Source of the DNA: Octopus sinensis
Taxonomy: Eukaryota
Length of the DNA stretch: 13,176 nt
Assembly (NCBI RefSeq): GCF_006345805.1
Contig: NW_021826310.1
Location: forward strand, 1-13,176
Direction of reading: 5' to 3'
The notes beneath the pieces were generated by a model, which saw nothing but the letters and a program-made list of their open reading frames with translations, was not told where the DNA came from and made no database searches. This document shows positions 1-8,910 of the stretch, in pieces. The first letter of the stretch is position 1, and each line of letters begins with the position of its first letter. Position numbers and translations under genes: made by a program.

Positions 1-298
1 TGCGCAAAGCGGGCAGGCTGAGTATAAAGAAGCTATCAGCGACAGATTCAACCTATTCGCAGGCCTCTGAGCAGGTATCGCCATGACAGCTTTCTCTCTC
101 ATGGTCAATGCCACGATCACATGCTACACACCTTCCTTCCATGCACTGCTGTAAACAGCGGAAGTGAGCTAGAACGTTAAAACTTAGTGCGCATGCACAG
201 CAGAGCTGATGGCGAATCTCTGCCAAGCGGCTTAACTCTGCGTGCTCTAGCTTCATTACTATGCCAACAGTCCGGATACTTATTGATCAGACCTCATA
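1..298 (-). mobile_element. Probable 5' end of a degenerate mariner-type DNA transposon, running off the left edge of the window
   Basis: Minus strand from 298 reads TA|TGAGGTCTGATCAATAAGTATCCGGACTG, resembling mariner TIRs of the TA|CGAGG...AAAAGT..CCGGAC type with a CpG-decayed first base. About 200 bp inside lies an ATG (102-100) followed by a GDTCSEA-like remnant, loosely like the mariner N-terminal HTH. The partner TIR is not in the window. Confidence 0.5.
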
Positions 299-1372
299 TC
301 TCAGTGAGAACAATCGCTATGGAAGCTGAAAGTCGTCTTCGATTTAGTGCTGCTTTAGCATTTTTGGTTTTGTCCAGTAGCTGTGTTAGCAGCTATTATC
401 TTATTTAGTCAAGGCCTTGTGACTTCTTTGTATTATACTGTTTTAGTGAATGAATTAGTACTTCTTACGAAAATGTGGTCAAAACGGTTTGAAAAGAAAC
501 GTGCGTAATTTTTATGGATAACTGTAGCTAAAAATTGCTGAATGATCTGAAGTGAATTAATAATTATTTGGTTCTCGAGTTTTCTCAACATTCGTCTAAA
601 TATATTGCATTTACAGAGTAAGTATAAATAGAGAAATTGAGGGCGACAGCGAAAGAAAGGGTGACGTAGAAAGAAAAGTGTGTGTGGGTGTGTGAATGTA
701 TCCATGCGTGCGTGTGCGTATGCGCATGTGTTAGATTAAACAAACTAACAAACACCTCAGACACAGACAATGGCACATACATAAGGAGAGGTAAATAGGA
801 CTTTGTGAAAAGCTGTGTAAATAAAATGAAGATAATTGAAATTTGTTATACCCTGAATTAAACTGTAATTAATGAACTTAGAGAAAGAAACGAATCATTT
901 TCTTCAGCAGGGATTTTTATATAATCATGGATAGCATTCATAACGAATCGTATATTATTGATATTTTTATGTCTTGTTCAGCCGTGGTTGGTATTTTTTA
1001 ATAAACGAATATTCTTTATTTATTCGTGTTTAGTCTGGGGTATTGTGTGTACATTAATAAAGTGGAAAGATTAGGAATTATGGAGATTTGGTTTTTGTGC
1101 ATATGTCCAAATGTCAGTTCAGTGGAATTTGTCTAGTCCTGGGGTCTCGTATTTGTTGACGAATCGTTAATCTCATTCTTAAGGTAAGTTTGGTTTGTTC
1201 AATGTAATGTTCTCTGCATCCATGGTATTAAACGGCTTATATTAATTATTTGGAAGAACAAATAAAGTGCAAGAACAAATTAAGTGATAGCTACATATCT
1301 GGTAATGTGAATGACCAATGGGAGTCTGTACTCCGGTGCAGAACAAATATAACAAAAGGGTTCGTTCAAAGA

Positions 1373-1373
1373 A

Positions 1374-1414
<41 letters not shown>
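1373..1414. repeat. (CA)n microsatellite
   Basis: Direct reading: about 20 CA units. Confidence 0.97.
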
Positions 1415-1415
<1 letters not shown>

Positions 1416-1417
1416 GC

Positions 1418-1563
1418 TTACGTATAAATGTATTTCAGGATAGTTTCTACCTAACCAGTTCAACTCCCAAGTTATTTGTGTGTGCAAGATTACATTAAAA
1501 GACAATTGTCCAAGGTGACTTGTAGTGGTTTGGAACCAAACTTCTTAACTACACAACAATCCT
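1418..1563 (-). mobile_element. Old, highly diverged 5' half of a family A-like SINE
   Basis: AAAAGACAATTGTCCAAGGTGAC (1497-1519) matches the reverse complement of the family A core, AGAAGACACTTGCCCAAGGTGCC. Weaker colinear matches lie on both sides, and the adjacent (CA)n is where the internal microsatellite is expected. Confidence 0.45.
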
Positions 1564-1621
1564 TACGACTATACCAAATTATGCTTTAGGTTATAGCACA
1601 TGGAAAACTGACGATTGAAGG

Positions 1622-1693
<72 letters not shown>

Positions 1694-1718
1694 GTCTATC
1701 TGTCTATCTGTCTATCTG

Positions 1719-1762
<44 letters not shown>
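1622..1762. repeat. (TATC)n tetranucleotide microsatellite with an internal (TGTC) variant block
   Basis: Direct reading: about 35 units. Confidence 0.98.
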
Positions 1763-1895
1763 GGAGAAAGCTAATTTGAAGCCTACAGATCCAATCCATC
1801 ACTGGAACTGTAAAAATCTGTAAAACTTTTCAGAAGTTTATCATTTAAATATATAAATGAGCATGTCTAGATATGCGACCATATGCATGAGAATG

Positions 1896-1936
1896 CATAC
1901 ATACATACATACATACATACATACATACATCATGCG

Positions 1937-1970
<34 letters not shown>

Positions 1971-2136
1971 CACATACATGTATACATACATACATGCATA
2001 CATATATTCATGCATACATACCATGCATACATATATGCATGCATACAAACATACATACATACACACACATGCATATATACATACAAACAAACATACATAC
2101 ATACATACATACGTACATACATGCATGCATACATAC
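1896..2136. repeat. Degenerate (CATA)n microsatellite
   Basis: Direct reading; source of the overlapping YIHT and MYVC ORFs. Confidence 0.95.
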
Positions 2137-2240
2137 AATGATACCCTGCTGATGTTGAAACTCCAATGAAGGATCCTTGGATCTAGGTTAGAAACCGGCT
2201 CTTTCTTTATTGGCAAGAAATCTTGAAATAAAACTGAATG

Positions 2241-2251
2241 ACATACATACC

Positions 2252-2338
<87 letters not shown>

Positions 2339-2386
2339 ACATGTATGTATATATGTATATATACATACACATATATACATATATTT
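2241..2386. repeat. Compound (CATA)/(AC)n/(TA)n microsatellite
   Basis: Direct reading. Confidence 0.95.
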
Positions 2387-2800
2387 AGGCGCAGGAGTGG
2401 CTGTGTGGTAAGTAGCTTGCTTACCAACCACATGGTTCCGGGTTCAGTCCCACTGCGTGGCGCCTTGGGCAAGTGTCTTCTACTATAGCCTCGGGCCAAC
2501 CAATGCCTTGTGAGTGGATTTGGTAGACGGAAACTGAAAGAAGCCTGTCGTATATATGTATATATATATATGTATGTGCGTTAATGTTTGTGTGTCTGTG
2601 TTTGTCTCCCCTAGCATTGCTTGACAACCGATGCTGGTGCGTTTATGTCCCCGTCACTTAGCGGTTCGGCAAAAAGAGACCGATAGAATAAGTACTGGGC
2701 TTACAAAGAATAAGTCCCGCGGTCGATTTGCTCGATTAAAAGGCGGTGCTCCAGCATGGCCGCAGTCAAATGACTGAAACAAGTAAAAGAGTAAAAGAGA
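2387..2800 (+). mobile_element. Family A SINE, full length (tRNA-derived head, CORE-like segment, internal (TA)n, 3' module, GTAAAAGA-type tail)
   Basis: Box A-like TGGCTGTGTGG and box B-like GGTTCAGTCCC. CCTTGGGCAAGTG resembles the CORE-SINE domain (ACCTTGGGCAAGT). Tail is AAGTAAAAGAGTAAAAGAGA. Near-identical copies at 5232, 8475 and 12453. tRNA-derived CORE SINEs (OR1/OR2) are known from octopus, but I cannot assign the exact family. Confidence 0.92.
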
Positions 2801-2808
2801 GTATATAT

Positions 2809-3063
2809 ATAACATTACACCAAAACACATTAAAACAGAAACTGACTCTATAGGGTTCAAGAAAGTCTTGGACAGATTCCTTCAAGAAATCCCGGATAAA
2901 CCCCCTACAACGGATAGTCTCTGTAAACAATAACTCTCTACTTGAGTGGGCCATAGTGCCCAAATTCTGACTTGAAAGACTTCACCAGGTGGTGCTATTA
3001 AGTTAGACATGGCCTGGGCCAATAATGGCCGAAGAAACCTATCAAAGTATCAAAGTATCAAAG
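2809..3063 (+). mobile_element. 3' terminal fragment of a CR1/L2-group LINE (ORF2 C-terminus, 3' UTR, tandem tail)
   Basis: Frame from 2811 gives NITPKHIKTETDSIGFKKVLDRFLQEIPDKPPT; after a frameshift VSVNNNSLLEWAIVPKF* (stop 2968-2970). This matches the FNxLP...FKxxLDxxLxxIPDxP...NSL end of CR1/L2-group ORF2. The fragment ends in (TATCAAAG)3 at 3040-3063. Confidence 0.75.
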
Positions 3064-3084
3064 TATATATATATATATATATAT

Positions 3085-3116
<32 letters not shown>

Positions 3117-3117
3117 C

Positions 3118-3148
<31 letters not shown>

Positions 3149-3225
3149 ATATATACATGCACATATATACATATATATGCACACACATACGTATGTGTAT
3201 GTATACACACACATATATATATGCA
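3064..3225. repeat. (TA)n and degenerate TA/CA microsatellite
   Basis: Direct reading; continuous with the LINE tail. Confidence 0.95.
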
Positions 3226-3526
3226 CTTATGTTAATGACCATACGCCTTCATTTGTAGGTATGTTTGATGTATCTCTACTCACTTGAGTGCGTACGTGAC
3301 CGTATCTGCATGCATATATCCATACGTGTATTAAAGAGTGTGCCTGCATGTATGCGTGTGTGTGTGTGTGTGTGCGTGCGTGTTTATAGGTATGTGTGTG
3401 TATGGGTGTGTGAACACGGGTAAATGCATGTTAAAATTATTCCTATCACCAAATCCATGTGACTGAATGGGGGAGTGGCGCGGGTGGGGTCGGGGGTGGG
3501 GTCGGGTGGGAATTTGCCGAGAAGGG

Positions 3527-3576
3527 GAAGAAGAAGAAGAAGAAGAAGAAGAAGAAGAAGAAGGAGAAGGAGAAGA
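3527..3576. repeat. (GAA)n trinucleotide microsatellite grading into (GGAGAA)
   Basis: Direct reading. Confidence 0.95.
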
Positions 3577-3685
3577 GGTATAGATTACTGTTTCGAATGT
3601 CACCTATGATATGATACTCAAATGACCTCTGTGGGAAAATATATTCAAAGGTATTTGTAATTGATACGAATGAACAGAGATCGCT

Positions 3686-4293
3686 ATATATATGTATATG
3701 TATGTATATATATATATATGTGTGTATGTATATACACTCGTTATTCATCCATTCATACGATTGTTCACACGGTTCAAAGCATCCATTCGATTCATCCGCT
3801 GAGGCTTCAAGTACTTACATGCATATAAATATAAACGAGCACGCATACAAATGCTCATCTATATATACTCACATATATATACATGTATATATATATTTAA
3901 ATAAATACGTATATACATACACACACACACACATATATATGTATATACATATGTTCATATACACATATTCATACATATATATGTATATATATACGTGTAT
4001 GTATGTATGTATGTATATAGTTATATGTATGCATTTATGTAGGTATATACTTATGTATCTATACCTGCATGTATGTATAATGTATGTGCATATATACATA
4101 TAAATGTGAATGTGTATACATGTATATATCTAGAGATGGGAGTGAGAGACGCACACGTCCACATATCCATGTATACAAGCATACTGTCGCCCAGCATACA
4201 CACACACACTCACACTCACTCACACACATATATCTATGTTTATATGTATGCATATACGCACATATATACATATATGCATATATACATATATAT
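3686..4293. repeat. Degenerate TA/TACA/TATG low-complexity tract with short unique interruptions
   Basis: Direct reading; source of the YIYMCV-type ORFs. Confidence 0.88.
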
Positions 4294-4560
4294 TGAATGT
4301 AATTCCATTTATTTGGCATGAACGGAGCCGACTGGTGACCGGAGAAGCTAAAAATTTGTAAACTGGAAAATGGCGGATGTTAGATGAAAGGAATTGTGAT
4401 TAAATAGTTGTCAGGCCTAAGTATGATATCTTATTCATTAAACCTGTTGAATAAGCGCTAAACACCTACTTGTTGTATATTATAGTATTTGTACAGCAAT
4501 AGAATCATAACCAAATTATAGTGAAGTAGGGGTCGGTATTTGTAATACGATGGGTACACC

Positions 4561-5018
4561 AAGGCGGTGAGCTGGCAGAATCATTAGCACGCCGGGCAAA
4601 ATGCTTAGCGGTATTTCGTCTGCCATTACGTTCTGAGTTCAAATTCTGCCGAGGTCAACTTTGCCTTTCATCATTTCGGGGTCGATAAATTAAGAACTAG
4701 TTACGCACTAGGGTCGATATAATCGACTTAATCCGTTTGTCTGTACTTGTTTGTCCTCTCTGTGTTTAGCCCCTTGTGGGTAGTAAAGAAATAGGTATTT
4801 CGTCTGCCGCTACGTTCTGAGTTCAAATTCTGCCGAGGTCAACTTTGCCTTTCATCCTTTCGGGGTCGATAAATTAAGTACCAGTTACGCACTTGGGTCG
4901 ATATAATCGACTTAATCCGTTTGTCTGTACTTGTTTGTCCTCTCTGTGTTTAGCCCCTTGTGGGTAGTAAAGAAATAGGCACATTTCGTCCATTTTTACG
5001 TTCTGATGTTCAAATTTC
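4561..5018 (+). mobile_element. Family B SINE: one tRNA-like head followed by about 2.2 tandem copies of a 184-bp body
   Basis: Head AAGGCGGTGAGCTGGCAGAATC (box A-like) and GAGTTCAAATTC (box B-like). Body units start at 4610, 4794 and 4978 (period 184). The CCTTTCATCCTTTCGGGGTCGATAAA segment recalls a conserved central SINE domain (Meta-like; tentative). Confidence 0.85.
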
Positions 5019-5024
5019 ACATAC

Positions 5025-5027
<3 letters not shown>

Positions 5028-5063
<36 letters not shown>

Positions 5064-5105
5064 GTTGGTGTGTGTGTGTATATGTATGTATGTATGTGTG
5101 TGTGC
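5028..5105. repeat. Compound (TA)n/(GT)n/(TATG)n microsatellite
   Basis: Direct reading. Confidence 0.9.
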
Positions 5106-5115
5106 ATGAATCTTT

Positions 5116-5740
5116 GTGCCTGTGTTTGTCTCCACCTCCGCTTCATAGACAGTGCTGGTTTGTTTACGCCCCTGTAAATTAGCGGTTCGGCAAAAGAGGA
5201 CTGGTAGAATAAGCACCAGTTTTTAAAGCGAAGGCGTAGGAGTGGCTGTGTGGTAAGTAGCTTGCTTCCCAACCACATGCTTCTGGGTTCAGTCCCACTG
5301 CGTGGCAGCTTCGCTAAATGTCTTCTACTATAGGCCTCGAGCCGACCAAAGCCTTGTGACTGGATTTGGTAGATGGAAACAGAAAGAAGCCCGTCGTATA
5401 TATGTATATGTATATGTGTGTATATGTTTGTGTGTCTGTGTTTGTCCCCCCAACATCGCTTGACAACCGATGCTGGTGTGTTTACGTCCTCGTAACCTAG
5501 CGGTTCGGCAGAAGAGACCGATAGAATACGTACTAGGCTTACAAAGAATAAGTCCTGCAGTCGATCTGCTCGATCGACTAAAGGCGGTGCTCCAGCATGG
5601 CTGCAGTCAAATGACTGAAAACAACCAAAAGTGTAAAAGAGAGTAAAGAATATCTAAGCCCTGGGGTCGATTCGATCGATTAAAATCCTTCAAGGAGGTG
5701 CTCCAGCAGTCTAATGACCAAAACAAACAAAACAAAAAGA
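5116..5740 (+). mobile_element. Older family A-related 3' module (5116-5227 plus 5655-5740), split by a younger family A insertion
   Basis: The left part ends TAGAATAAGCACCAGTTTTTAAA and the right part resumes TAAGCCCTGGGGTCGA...AAGGAGGTGCTCCAGCA. These two stretches are contiguous in intact family A copies. Confidence 0.65.
5232..5650 (+). mobile_element. Family A SINE, full length, moderately diverged
   Basis: Colinear with 2387-2800 from AGGCGTAGGAGTGG to the tail GTGTAAAAGAGAGTAAAGA. Confidence 0.92.
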
Positions 5741-5779
5741 TTCGAGGTTAACAGAATAAATCAACAAAATAAACTAGCG

Positions 5780-5840
5780 TTGTCGTCGTCGTCGTCGTCG
5801 TCATCGTCTTCGTTGTTGTTGTTATTGTTGTTATTGTTGC
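5780..5840. repeat. (GTC)n followed by (GTT)n trinucleotide microsatellite
   Basis: Direct reading. Confidence 0.92.
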
Positions 5841-6211
5841 TCTGTCGTCACTTTTTCATCTCTAGGGAAACGATGATGGTGTCTCTTCTTAGGATGATCT
5901 GTTTCTTGCTGTTGTTTCATCCTGTTAGAAGACCCAAATTAGACCCCCCCCCCTTACCCTCATTGCGCTTTTGCTGACTCTCTGGGTTGTCCGCTGTCGC
6001 TTCTGACATCAACACTCTGTTCTGGTAGTCTCTGCTTCTTCCAGACAAAACTCTGGATGTTTACAGCAGCTTAAACATCGAAATTTAGTTGGATGAGGTA
6101 ATTATTACACATACATACATAAATCTTCAGAGCTGGAGAACTACTGTGCAGGTACTCTGAGAATGCAACTATCTCATGGAACCCAAAGGAGGCTGGACTT
6201 TATATATATAT

Positions 6212-6404
6212 AGGCGCAAGAGTGGCTGTGTGGTAAGTAGCTTGCTTACCAACCACATGGTTCCGGGTTCAGTCCCACTGCGTGGCATCTTGGGCTTACA
6301 AAAAAAAAAGGATAAGTCCCGGGGTCGAGTTGCTCGACTAAAGGCGGTGCCCCAGCATGGCCGCAGTGAAATGACTGAAACAAGTAAAAGAGTAAAAGAG
6401 TAAA
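6212..6404 (+). mobile_element. Family A SINE with an internal deletion of about 210-230 bp
   Basis: The head runs to ATCTTGGGC and joins directly to TTACAAA...GATAAGTCCCGGGGTCGAG of the 3' module; tail intact. Confidence 0.92.
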
Positions 6405-6667
6405 TATAAATAAATAGATAAATAAATAAATAAATAATCTCAATGATGGGAGATGGAACTTAAGAAGTGATTGAATGGAAATCTGATTCGAGTCTTTTTA
6501 TTGTTTGAATGTCATCGGAGATGAGAAGAGTTGTGAATGAATTCGGTTTTTAGTGTGGGAACATGTTTAATGTATGAAGGAGAAGATAGAGCGATGGGGT
6601 GGGCGAGAGGAGGATGGTGTCTGTAGGGGAGGTTGCGTGTACGTGGGGGGGGGAGGGAAGAGTGTGT

Positions 6668-7768
6668 GGTGATGGTGGTGGTGACGGTGGTGGTGGTGGT
6701 GGTTTTAGTGGTGGTAGTGATGATGGAGGCGGTGGTGATGGTGTTGGTAGTGGTGATGGTAGCGGTGATGGTGTTGGTAGTGGTAGTGGTGGTAAGGGTG
6801 GTGGTGGTGGTGGAGGTGGTGGTGACGGTGGTGGTGATGGTGGTGGTGGTGATGGTGGTGGTTTTAGTGGTGGTAGTGATGGTGGAGGCGGTGGTGATGG
6901 TGGTGGTGATGGTAGCGGTGATGGTGTTGGTAGTGGTAGTGGTGGTAAGGGTGGTGGAGGTGGTGGTGACGGTGGTGGTGATGGTGGTGGTGGTGGTGGT
7001 GGTGGTGGTGGTGGTTTTAGTGGTGGTAGTGATGGTGGAGGCGGTGGTGATGGTGTTGGTAATGGTGATGGTAGCGGTGATGGTGTTGGTAGTGGTAGTG
7101 GTGGTAAGGGTGGAGGTGGTGGTGGAGGTGGTGGTGGAGGTGGTGGTGACGGTGGTGGTGACGGTGGTGGTGATGGTGGTGGTTTTAGTGGTGGTAGTGA
7201 TGGTGGAGGCGGTGGTGATGGTGGTGGTGATGGTAGCGGTGATGGTGTCGGTAGTGGTAGTGGTGGTAAGGGTGGTGGTGGTGACGGTGGTGGTGATGGT
7301 GGTAGTGATGGTGGTTATGGTGGTGATGGCGGTGGTGATAGTACCGGTGATGGTGTCGGTAGTGGTAGGTGTGGTGCTGGTGGCGATGATGGTAGTAGTG
7401 ATGCTGGTTGTGGTGATGGTGGTGGAGGTAGTGGTGATGGTGGTGGTGGTAGTGATGGTGGAGACGGTGGTGATGGCGGTGGTGATGGTGTTGGTAGTGG
7501 TGTTATTGTTGTTGTTGTTGGTGGTGGTGATGGTGGTAGTGATGGTGGTGGTGATGGTAGCGGTGATGGTTTTGGTAGTGGTGGTGGTGGAAGTAGTGGT
7601 GGTGGAGGTAGCGGTGGTGGAGGTAGTGGTAGGGGTGATGATGGAGGTGGCGGTGGTGGAGGTTGTGGTAGTAATGATGGTGTTGGTGGTGGTGTTGGTG
7701 GTATGGTGGTGGTGGCAGTGACATTGGTGGTGGTGATGGCGGTGGTTGTGGTGGTGGTGCTGGTGGCT
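6668..7768. repeat. (GGT)n-derived trinucleotide tract containing four copies of a 153-168 bp higher-order unit
   Basis: Landmark GGTTTTAGT at 6701, 6860, 7013 and 7181; landmark GGTAAGGGT at 6791, 6944, 7103 and 7265. Underlies the 390-aa Gly-rich and 362-aa Val-rich ORFs; coding status not supported. Confidence 0.93.
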
Positions 7769-7812
7769 TAATACAGTTGAACTCTGGGCTAAAATTCACC
7801 TCTCCCATATAT

Positions 7813-7985
7813 ATTTCTGTTATAGGTACAAGGCCTGAAAAATTTGATATGGCAGGGATCTAGTCGATTACAGCGACTAGTACGTATTTTATCGCCACCC
7901 CCCCCCAAATAGGATGAAATGCACAGTCAACCTCGGGGGCAATTTGACCTCAGAACGTTAAGTGTCGCAAGAAACAGCGGCAAAA
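7813..7985 (-). mobile_element. Diverged family B-like SINE fragment
   Basis: GGATGAAATGCACAGTCAACCTCGG...AATTTGACCTCAGAACGT is the reverse complement of the family B segment ACGTTCTGAGTTCAAATT...CCGAGGTCAACTTTGCCTTTCATCC. The 3' part differs from the 4561 array. Confidence 0.75.
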
Positions 7986-8202
7986 TAAATTATTCTTACT
8001 TGTTTGATCATGTGCCAATGTAGGGTTTATGCCCGAAAGATTACGATCGTGAATTGAAATGGCGGAAATAGGGTTCTTCTAGACACTAGAGTCTAGAGGA
8101 TCTCTGGGGGCAACGTTACTCGATAGGGAGCGTAGCTCGGAGATCAGGGAGTCTTTCAAGGGCGATCCGCTTTTTCTGCGCATTGAGAGGTCACAAATCC
8201 GG

Positions 8203-8412
8203 TACTCTTTTACTTGTTTCAGTCATTTGACTGCGGCCATGCTGGGGCACCGCCTTTAGTCGAGCAAATCGACCCCAGGACTTATAATTTGTAAGCCTAG
8301 TACTTAGTCTATTGGTCTCTTTTGGCCGAACCGCTTAGGTACGGGGACGTAAACACACCAGCATCGGTGCTCAAGTGATGTTGGGGGGGGGACAAACACA
8401 GACACAAACATT
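8203..8412 (-). mobile_element. Family A 3' module only (no tRNA head)
   Basis: TACTCTTTTACTTGTTTCAGTCATTTGACTGCGGCCATGCTGG...GGACAAACACAGACAC is the reverse complement of the family A 3' half. Confidence 0.9.
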
Positions 8413-8474
8413 TACACTCACATAAAACTATTATTTTGAAAATAAATTATATAATGAATAAAATTGACAAAAAT

Positions 8475-8646
8475 AGGCGCAGGAGTGGCTGTGTGGTAAG
8501 TAGCTTGTCTACTAACCACATGGTTCCGGGTTCAGTCCCACTGCGTGGCACCCTGGGCAAGTGTCTTCTACTATAGCCTCGGGCCGACCAAAGCCTTGTG
8601 AGTGGATTTGGTAGACGGAAACTGAAAGAAGCCTCGTATATATGTT

Positions 8647-8690
<44 letters not shown>

Positions 8691-8910
8691 GCGTGTGTGT
8701 GTTGTGTGTCTGTGTTCGTCCCCCTAGCATTGCTTGACAACCGATGCTGCTGTGTTTATGTCCCCGTTACTTAGCGGTTCGGCAAAAGAGACCGATAGAA
8801 TAAGTACTGGGCTTACAAAAGAATAAGTCCTGGGGTCGAGTTGTCGATTAAAAGGCGGTGCTCCAGTATGGCCACAGTCAAATGACTGAAACAAGTAAAA
8901 GAGTAAAGAG
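8475..8910 (+). mobile_element. Family A SINE, full length
   Basis: Colinear with the other copies; carries the longest internal (TA)n (about 8637-8706). Confidence 0.93.

Noticed and set aside
319-408. MEAESRLRFSAALAFLVLSSSCVSSYYLI resembles a signal peptide
   Set aside because: It stops after 29 codons with no good donor, and the longer ORF (187-408) runs across a transposon boundary.
2137-2240. Short unique-looking insert between microsatellites, possibly a repeat 3' end with a (CATA)n tail
   Set aside because: No second copy in the window and no diagnostic motif, so it cannot be supported from the sequence alone.
2387-2460. tRNA-like boxes at the SINE heads as possible tRNA genes
   Set aside because: No complete cloverleaf is evident and each continues into a SINE body.
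3246-3395. AG|GTATGT juxtapositions at 3258/3259 and 3389/3390 resembling recursive splice sites, and TTTACAG-A-GTAAGT near 609-622
   Set aside because: GTATGT is ubiquitous in this TATG-rich sequence and the pyrimidine tracts are weak; expected by chance.
1242-4321. Numerous 60-175 aa ORFs rich in Y, I, H, T, M, C and V
   Set aside because: They are translations of TA, CA and TACA microsatellites, which lack stops in several frames.
6046-6097. Plus-strand peptide QQLKHRNLVG resembling the kinase LxHxNIV motif
   Set aside because: It is immediately followed by TGA, and no other kinase motif occurs in the window.
6633-7808. 362-aa Val/Met-rich ORF and 101-aa Pro/His-rich ORF
   Set aside because: Alternative-frame readings of the (GGT)n tract; the Pro-to-His switch only reflects the 1-bp register shift near 7703.
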